Origin: Pseudobdellovibrionaceae bacterium
Lineage (GTDB): Bacteria > Bdellovibrionota > Bdellovibrionia > Bdellovibrionales > Bdellovibrionaceae
Assembly: GCA_044359815.1 (NCBI GenBank)
Contig: JBIKLL010000004.1
Coordinates: forward strand, 1 to 64,000
Direction of reading: 5' to 3'
DNA: 64,000 nt
In this document: one piece after another, positions 57,528-64,000 of the stretch
Layout of the letters: the number at the start of each line of letters is the position of its first letter
Numbering within the stretch: the stretch's first letter is position 1
Position numbers and translations under genes: made by a program
Notes under the pieces: model-generated
The model's database searches: none
What the model was told of the DNA's origin: nothing
Seen by the model: only the letters and a program-made list of their open reading frames with translations

Positions 57528-60110
57528 ATGACTTTTAACAATCGACAACATGCGGGCCGACTACTTGGAGAAAAGCTGATCGGCTATAAAAGTTTGAACC
57601 CAATTATTCTAGCTCTTCCTCGTGGAGGTGTGCCCGTTGCTGCAGAAATCGCAACGATTTTAAATGCTCCCCTCGATGTTTTGATTGCTCGTAAAATTGG
57701 ATATCCATTTCAGCAAGAGTTAGCAGTCGGAGCGCTTAGTGAAGACTATGAGCCTGTTTGGAGCGAACGAATCCTTTCTCGAACTGGTCTTGAACCCGAT
57801 GATCTTGGTCGAACAATTTTGTCAGAATCAAAAAAAATCAAACAACAGATTGAAGAATTTCGGGACGGACGCGAGCTTCCGTCGACGGCACAAAGGACAG
57901 TTATTATTGTAGATGACGGCCTTGCTACAGGTGCAACAGTCACTGCGGCAGTTAAATATTTGAAGAAAAGAGGAGCCGCAAAAATCATTGTAGCCGTTCC
58001 GATTGCAGCGGCAATCTCTGCAAGACAGCTTAGAGGTAAAGTCGACGCTCTAATCAGTTTGGAGGAACCAGAGGACCTATTGTCAGTCGGTCAATGGTAT
58101 GAGGAATTTTCTCAAGTTTCTAATGAAGAGGTTGTTATGATTCTCAAAGAAAATCAGAAAAGAAACGATGCAAATATAAGTGTCCGAAGTCTAGAAATTC
58201 CTGTCGATCAAGCAACCCTCAGTGGGGATCTTACGATGTTTCCATCAATGAAAGCTTTGATCATTTTTGCTCATGGCAGCGGTAGCGGTCGCAAGAGTCC
58301 ACGGAATCAGATGGTAGCAAGTGAGCTCAACAAGGCAGGATTTGGTACCTTGCTCTTTGATCTGCTGACAGATCAAGAAGCAAAAAATCGAAAAAATGTT
58401 TTTGATATCAATTTTTTGAGCAACCGATTGGTTTCTGTCACCAAATGGCTACGCCAACAACCAGATTTAAAAGTTACCCAACTAGGATATTTCGGCGCAA
58501 GCACCGGCGCCGGAGCTGCCATTCAAGCGGCAAGCAAGTTATCTGGTTCCGATAGCGTGTACGCTATTGTTAGTCGCGGTGGCCGTCCGGATTTAGCGGG
58601 TGATGCTTTGAAGATCGTTAAATCTCCGACTCTTCTGTTGGTCGGAGGCCAAGACTTTGATGTCATTGAACTCAATCGCCAGGCACAGAAACTTTTATTC
58701 AATTCAAAATTATCAATTGTTCCAGGGGCTACACACCTTTTTGAAGAACCAGGCACTCTTGAAGAGGTCTCTCGCCTCGCGGCGCTTTGGTTTAAAGACC
58801 ATCTTGAATTACCAAAGCTTAAATCGAAATCCAAACAGACTTTAGATGAGGCCGTTGAGAGCGGAATGATTGGAGTGAGGAATGAAAACGACTTCGATCG
58901 ACTCATTGAATCTGTAAAAGATGCTCGTGTGGTAATGCTGGGTGAAGCCTCCCATGGAACTCAAGAATTTTATCAAATAAGAAGCCTTATTTCTAAGCGT
59001 CTCATCAAAGATCACGGGTTTAAATTCATCGCTGTCGAAGGTGACTGGCCAGACGCTTATCGCCTTAATAAATATATTCAAAAGGGTGAAGGCGGAAATG
59101 CTAAAGCTGTATTGATGCACAATCACCGTTGGCCGACTTGGATGTGGACTAATGACGAAATCGTAAAACTTGCTGAATGGATGAGGACCGAACGCGCTGG
59201 ATTTTATGGCTTGGATGTCTATTCTTTTTTTGAATCCATTGATGAGGTGGTGAATTATTTAAAGAAAAATAATCTACCCTTGGCACAAGAAATTCAACGG
59301 CGCTATGCTTGCTTAGATCCATTTGAGGGCGATGAAATTTCTTACGCACGTTCCTTGTTGAAATATCCTCCTGGATGCGAAAATGAAGTGCTGTTAAACC
59401 TTCAAAGGCTTCTCGAGCTTCGTGTGAAGGATGTGGCGCAAGACGGAGATGAACTTTTTAGCTCTCAACAGAATGCTCGAATTGTTGCCAATGCAGAAAC
59501 CTATTATCGCGCTATGCTTTCAGGCGATGCCAGTTCCTGGAATGTGCGAGATGGACACATGATGGAAACCCTGGATCGCCTTTTAGAAAGAGCTGGCGAA
59601 GGAGCCAAAGCCATTGTTTGGGCGCATAACACTCATATCGGTGATTATCGAGCCACTGATATGAAAGAGGCCGGCTACATAAATCTTGGAGGACTAGCCC
59701 GACAAAGTTATGGAGAAGAAAATGTAGCACTTGTTGGTTTTGGAACTTATCAAGGTGAAGTCCTCGCTGGATCCGGCTGGGGCCGCCCTGAAGAGATTAT
59801 GCCTTTGCCCGCAGCTCATGAAGAAAGTTATGAGTATCACTTTCACAGGGCTGCGCAAAACCACAATCTCAATCAGTTTTATCTCTTACTAGAAAACAAA
59901 ACTCACACTCCATTTGCACATCGATTGGGACATCGTGCGATTGGTGTGGTCTATGACCCTCGTCATGAGCGCCGTGGAAACTATGTGCCAACTGAACTTT
60001 CAAAGCGATACGATGCCTTTGTTTTTGTAGATCAAACTCATGCCTTGAAGTCATTACACACGGCTTATGTGCTTGGTGAATTTCCTGAAACTTGGCCGAC
60101 AGGACAGTGA
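57528..60110 (+). CDS. Phosphoribosyltransferase + alpha/beta hydrolase + erythromycin-esterase-family fusion
   Basis: LPRGGVPV/VDDGLATG; FAHGSGS.R.SPRN, GYFGASTG, SRGGRPDL, GATHLF; LGEASHGT.EFY, VEGDWPD, WAHNTHIGD, RAIGVVY. Confidence 0.9.
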   Translation: MTFNNRQHAGRLLGEKLIGYKSLNPIILALPRGGVPVAAEIATILNAPLDVLIARKIGYPFQQELAVGALSEDYEPVWSERILSRTGLEPDDLGRTILSESKKIKQQIEEFRDGRELPSTAQRTVIIVDDGLATGATVTAAVKYLKKRGAAKIIVAVPIAAAISARQLRGKVDALISLEEPEDLLSVGQWYEEFSQVSNEEVVMILKENQKRNDANISVRSLEIPVDQATLSGDLTMFPSMKALIIFAHGSGSGRKSPRNQMVASELNKAGFGTLLFDLLTDQEAKNRKNVFDINFLSNRLVSVTKWLRQQPDLKVTQLGYFGASTGAGAAIQAASKLSGSDSVYAIVSRGGRPDLAGDALKIVKSPTLLLVGGQDFDVIELNRQAQKLLFNSKLSIVPGATHLFEEPGTLEEVSRLAALWFKDHLELPKLKSKSKQTLDEAVESGMIGVRNENDFDRLIESVKDARVVMLGEASHGTQEFYQIRSLISKRLIKDHGFKFIAVEGDWPDAYRLNKYIQKGEGGNAKAVLMHNHRWPTWMWTNDEIVKLAEWMRTERAGFYGLDVYSFFESIDEVVNYLKKNNLPLAQEIQRRYACLDPFEGDEISYARSLLKYPPGCENEVLLNLQRLLELRVKDVAQDGDELFSSQQNARIVANAETYYRAMLSGDASSWNVRDGHMMETLDRLLERAGEGAKAIVWAHNTHIGDYRATDMKEAGYINLGGLARQSYGEENVALVGFGTYQGEVLAGSGWGRPEEIMPLPAAHEESYEYHFHRAAQNHNLNQFYLLLENKTHTPFAHRLGHRAIGVVYDPRHERRGNYVPTELSKRYDAFVFVDQTHALKSLHTAYVLGEFPETWPTGQ

Positions 60111-60113
60111 TTT

Positions 60114-60665
60114 ATGGAATATACACAACCTCTCTCTAGTATCGGAAGCAGAATCAATGTGGTGTCTGTTGTTGCTGGGGTCATGTTAACGTTGGCCATT
60201 ATGTTCTTTTCTATGTCCCTAGCGGCGGCACTTGGATTTTGGTCTTATCGGCCAGACGAACTTCCTCTTTTGGGACCTAAGTTTTGGACAGTAGCCTCTA
60301 TCGCATGGACAGTGAGTGTCTTTGTAGGTTCAGTCTGGGCTACAATGTCTTCACGTTCGACAGAAATGAAAAATGGCGTTTTGAATGCTGTAACGGCCTG
60401 GGCTGGTAGTTACCTTCTTTTCGGGGGAATCGCCCTTACAATCGCAGACTCAAACCTTCGTACGCTGCTGGGCTCGCCGACCATAGGTCTTTTTTGGCAT
60501 GGATTTATTGGCGACGCCATTGCACTAATAGCTGGGATTGTTGGAGGAGTATTAGGAACCTACGCCGAGCGCGGAACCTTAAGGGTAAGAGCGCCAAAAG
60601 CCGATCAAAAAAGCTCAACAGGGGTAACTTCAAAGTTCGACGAAATGAATTCGGCAAAGGTTTAA
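60114..60665 (+). CDS. Membrane protein
   Basis: Four hydrophobic segments; operonic position. Confidence 0.75.
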   Translation: MEYTQPLSSIGSRINVVSVVAGVMLTLAIMFFSMSLAAALGFWSYRPDELPLLGPKFWTVASIAWTVSVFVGSVWATMSSRSTEMKNGVLNAVTAWAGSYLLFGGIALTIADSNLRTLLGSPTIGLFWHGFIGDAIALIAGIVGGVLGTYAERGTLRVRAPKADQKSSTGVTSKFDEMNSAKV

Positions 60666-60685
60666 TTTCGGATAGGAAAAATCTT

Positions 60686-61684
60686 TTGAAGGCTATGGTT
60701 CTAGAAAGTCATTCACCAATTGAAACGGCCCCACTTCAGTGGGTTGATGTTCCAATGCCAGAACCAGCTGATCAAGAAATTAGAATTAAAATATCCGCGT
60801 GTGGAATCTGCAGGACTGATCTCCATGTTATTGAAGGAGAGCTCCCAACTAAAATATTACCTATCATCCCCGGTCATCAGATTATAGGCGTGGTGGATAA
60901 AGTCGGTACCGGTTGCAAACGATTTACGGTTGGCACCCGGATTGGAATTGCTTGGCTGAGGTGGACCTGTGGTCAATGTGAGTTCTGCAAAACGGGAAAA
61001 GAGAATCTTTGTCCCGAATCGAAATACACCGGGTATAACAATCACGGCGGATATGCTGAATATGCAGTCGTTAATGAGAATTATGCCTATGAGATTCCAA
61101 AAATATTTAGTGATGAAGAAGCTGTTCCCCTTCTTTGTGCAGGCATTGTGGGCTATCGAGCCTTACAAAGAAGTCTTTTGCCGAACGGTGGCACCCTTGC
61201 AATTTTTGGCTTCGGGTCGTCGGCTCATATGATTATCCAAGTTGTCCTTCACCGTTCTTGTCGAGTGCTAGTTGTGACGAGGGGAGAAAAACATCGAGAA
61301 CTAGCGCGACAAATGGGCGCGTATTGGGTTGGTGAAGGAGTGGATAGTTTACCCGAAAAAGTTGACAGTGCGATCATTTTTGCCCCGGTTGGAGGAATTT
61401 TACCCCAAGCTCTCAGCGTATTGAAAAGAGGGGGAACGGTTTCTCTGGCCGGCATTCACATGAGTGAGATTCCGAAACTTGATTATAGCGAGCATCTTTT
61501 TTATGAGCGCAATGTTCACTCGGTTACTGCCAACACACGCGAAGATGGCATTAATTTCTTGAAAGAGGCATCGGAAATTCCAATTAAACCGCATATGAGA
61601 ACTTACCCTTTGCAAGACGCTAACATAGCTCTTCAGGATTTGAAAAATGATAGAATCAATGGAACAGGTGTTTTGATTATCTGA
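60686..61684 (+). CDS. Zinc-dependent alcohol dehydrogenase family protein
   Basis: CGICRTDLH, PGHQ, C..C..C...ENLC, PLLCAG, GFG.SAH; TTG start after AGGA. Confidence 0.92.
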   Translation: MKAMVLESHSPIETAPLQWVDVPMPEPADQEIRIKISACGICRTDLHVIEGELPTKILPIIPGHQIIGVVDKVGTGCKRFTVGTRIGIAWLRWTCGQCEFCKTGKENLCPESKYTGYNNHGGYAEYAVVNENYAYEIPKIFSDEEAVPLLCAGIVGYRALQRSLLPNGGTLAIFGFGSSAHMIIQVVLHRSCRVLVVTRGEKHRELARQMGAYWVGEGVDSLPEKVDSAIIFAPVGGILPQALSVLKRGGTVSLAGIHMSEIPKLDYSEHLFYERNVHSVTANTREDGINFLKEASEIPIKPHMRTYPLQDANIALQDLKNDRINGTGVLII

Positions 61685-61694
61685 ATCACAAACT

Positions 61695-62453
61695 TTAAAT
61701 TTGGGCTTCAAGCTGTTTTATTGCAAAGCGAAGGGCCGGCTGGATAGTTCGCCTTGCTTTTTGGTAATGTAAGACCGCATCGGATTGAACTTTTATATTT
61801 TTTCCTGAAAAATCTTGCAGAATCTCGAGATCATGCCCCCTACCCAATGGACCTTGTAAATTTCGAAGTGGCTGAATAGGCTTTCCGATAGCCTCCAGTA
61901 CATATCTTGCCTTCTTTGCTGTGATTCGCAACTCATGAAGGTCATCATCATTGATACGGGCTTTTCGAACCCACGGAATAAGTCTTCCGCGCAGCCGAGT
62001 AAGCCCTACCGCTAGATTAAGTTCCGGATGGCTTTGTAACTTTCTAACAGCTCTTTCAAGATCGTGTTGAATTTTTTGTCGATGCTTTGAATCGATTTTT
62101 GCGAACAACATCTGTTTCTTCAAGCGACGCTGTGATTTTAGTTTTTTTGTCTTGAGATGGTAATGAGTGGCATCCTGAATTGCTACATCGAGCTCACGTT
62201 GTTCACCAAGGACTTGACCGAGTTTGCGCAGAGATGAAGGCAATTTTCCAAATGATATACGAGGAGACCCATGTTCAATCAGCCAAAGCGCCGCACGTAT
62301 TCTACGAATAGTCACGCGAAGTTCATGAACATTCTTTCTTGTGGGATCCTGATTGGTTCCTCGGACTTGCTTTTCAAATAAATGTCTTTGCCGGATGAGA
62401 TAATCCACGAGAGGAATATTCATATCTTTTGCCGCCATCGATTCCTCTATCAT
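61695..62453 (-). CDS. CHAD domain protein
   Basis: VHELRV.IRR.RA, LG..R.LDV, LHELRI.AKK.RY..E, LG..HD. Confidence 0.9.
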   Translation of the reverse strand: MIEESMAAKDMNIPLVDYLIRQRHLFEKQVRGTNQDPTRKNVHELRVTIRRIRAALWLIEHGSPRISFGKLPSSLRKLGQVLGEQRELDVAIQDATHYHLKTKKLKSQRRLKKQMLFAKIDSKHRQKIQHDLERAVRKLQSHPELNLAVGLTRLRGRLIPWVRKARINDDDLHELRITAKKARYVLEAIGKPIQPLRNLQGPLGRGHDLEILQDFSGKNIKVQSDAVLHYQKARRTIQPALRFAIKQLEAQI

Positions 62454-62459
62454 AAATAT

Positions 62460-63005
62460 TCAAATTACAGCCATTGAAGTTACCTGGGGACCTTTCTCGC
62501 CAGGCTCCTCATGAAATCTCACCCTTTGGCCAATCTTCAAATGATTGAAATTCTCATTGGTGATACTGTTTTCGCCAAAATAACATTCACGGCCATTGCT
62601 TGTTTCCAAAAATCCAAAGCCTTCTTGGTAAAAGACCTTTGAAATCTTACCTTCTTCTGATTGTTGCTCATGAAACTTTGTTTTATGGCGAACAATTCTA
62701 ACTCTGTCCTGAAGTATACGTTCAGCTGCGTTGAATGAATCTCCAATGGCAACATAAATATCTCGATGTGTTTCATCTTTAGGATGGTTTCGGTTAACGA
62801 TGACATCTTCGCCTGGAATAATAAGATGTATTTGAATATGATAAAGACGATCTGCTTGACGATGTCGATGAGGACATGAAATCGCTACTTCACATCGAAC
62901 AATGCGGTCAAAAAAGTGCTCAAGCTTTTCAATTCTCTTTTGGACCGCCATCCAAACGGCATCAGACTCTGGAAAGTCTAAGAAAGTGATTTGAAATGGA
63001 ATCAT
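62460..63005 (-). CDS. HPF/RaiA ribosome-hibernation domain fused to a cold-shock domain
   Basis: QITF...S.A....I.KLE.F..RI..C.V; GFGFL...G.E.YF....L..G..V.F....GEKGPQ. Confidence 0.88.
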   Translation of the reverse strand: MIPFQITFLDFPESDAVWMAVQKRIEKLEHFFDRIVRCEVAISCPHRHRQADRLYHIQIHLIIPGEDVIVNRNHPKDETHRDIYVAIGDSFNAAERILQDRVRIVRHKTKFHEQQSEEGKISKVFYQEGFGFLETSNGRECYFGENSITNENFNHLKIGQRVRFHEEPGEKGPQVTSMAVI

Positions 63006-63015
63006 GTCACCCTCC

Positions 63016-63546
63016 CTAGGTAAGCGAGATATCTTTTGAAGTATAGTTGTCTATTTTCTCAAAAAATATTTTAAGAGATGGTTTGAGCGAACCAAGTACG
63101 TCAGCGATTTCCCCAGGACTTACATGTTTCATGATCACCTTTAGCGCAACCAAAACACCCTGCTCGAAATCAAAATTGGGCTCCCCATTTGGGCCCATTT
63201 TATTTCTCACATCGTTTAGAAACTCTTCCTTTGAAAGGCCTTTTGGCCTTTCAGCCTTCGGATCCCAACATTCATAAAAAGTGCCTTTTAACAGAAGCGG
63301 CAGTTGAGCAGCCAACTGAGCGGCCTCATTGGTATTCAAGTGATCGCGAAAGGTTTGCAACACAGCTTTCAGAAGATGGTAGACGCCGTCGGCGTCCATC
63401 CACTTTAGTTCTTCGTGCATCTCGCTCACCCAAACTTCAGATTTCTGAACCGTCCTAGAAAAAACCGTAACATGATCTTTTAGTTTCACTACTTTAGGAG
63501 GCGCCTTACTTTTCCTGGTAGTTTTATGAACGGCCTTGTTAGCCAT
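63016..63546 (-). CDS. DUF2267 family protein
   Basis: TVQK...W, L.AVL..RD.L...EAA.LAAQLP..L.G.FY..W.P, VSPGE. Confidence 0.88.
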   Translation of the reverse strand: MANKAVHKTTRKSKAPPKVVKLKDHVTVFSRTVQKSEVWVSEMHEELKWMDADGVYHLLKAVLQTFRDHLNTNEAAQLAAQLPLLLKGTFYECWDPKAERPKGLSKEEFLNDVRNKMGPNGEPNFDFEQGVLVALKVIMKHVSPGEIADVLGSLKPSLKIFFEKIDNYTSKDISLT

Positions 63547-64000
63547 GTCGAACCTCTGTTTGGGTGGAAGTGTCTTTAGGAGCAAGATATTTTCCATTGG
63601 CCTTTTGCTTTGACTGAGCAACGTGTTTTCGACTTGCTTTGGGTCGATAAAAAATCAGCACAGGACACTTAGCCTGCAACAAAATATCTCGAGCAACACT
63701 GCCAAGAAGAGCTTGCGTCACAGGACCGCTGCGACTGGCAATGGCAATAAGGCTGGCCTTATTCTTTTTTGCGGCTTCAAGAATATCTGCGGCAAGGTGT
63801 TTTCGTTGTCGTTGAACTAGCAGAGAGCTTTTGATATTTTGCTCTTCCAAAAGGGCTGACCATTCAGCACCTTTTTTTAGGCGTGATTTTTCTACGTCTT
63901 TAATCATTGATTCCATATTGCGCGTTTGAGCTTGCCCTATGCCGCTGAAATCTGATGGATAAATATTTGGTGTCTCAACTTGATCATAGAGAAAAATTTT
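63539..64000 (-). CDS. Universal stress protein (5' partial)
   Basis: IL.AA.....LI.......LLGSVA..IL..A.CPVL; frame open to the window edge. Confidence 0.85.
   Translation of the reverse strand, partial: KIFLYDQVETPNIYPSDFSGIGQAQTRNMESMIKDVEKSRLKKGAEWSALLEEQNIKSSLLVQRQRKHLAADILEAAKKNKASLIAIASRSGPVTQALLGSVARDILLQAKCPVLIFYRPKASRKHVAQSKQKANGKYLAPKDTSTQTEVRHG

Larger units (their letters stand above)
54463..64000. mobile_element. tRNA-Gln-integrated genomic island (stress/dormancy cargo), continues past the window
   Basis: Recombinase remnant abutting the tRNA 3' end; coherent accessory cargo; other boundary not visible. Confidence 0.75.

Overview
Bacterial chromosomal segment that looks like Bdellovibrionota. 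The basis is an L,D-transpeptidase/NTF2 gene beside fliL and an M16 protease pair, a short histone-fold gene, and many secreted orphan proteins. Bases 1-36 kb are mostly housekeeping: ilvA, hisC-cmk-rpsA-sppA, fliL, nrdR-nusB, lgt, hisS, greB, an ExbBD-TonB-TBDR operon and pfkA. Bases 36-54 kb are more accessory: a bacterial histone, a bufferin-type MNIO (DUF692) RiPP cluster, an HD-GYP protein, a candidate sRNA, two frameshifted genes and a Cys-rich gene between direct repeats. From tRNA-Gln (54387-54462) to the window end lies an integrated stress/dormancy island whose large serine recombinase has been truncated by a deletion. The most unusual signal is non-coding: six long palindromic elements in two families, found only between convergent genes. 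Each has a conserved GC-rich asymmetric core and AT-rich arms that match within a copy but differ between copies. One family forms nested units with compensatory changes, and at two loci the arms mirror the 3' ends of neighbouring genes. All calls come from reading the sequence and recalling protein families; no searches or folding computations were run.
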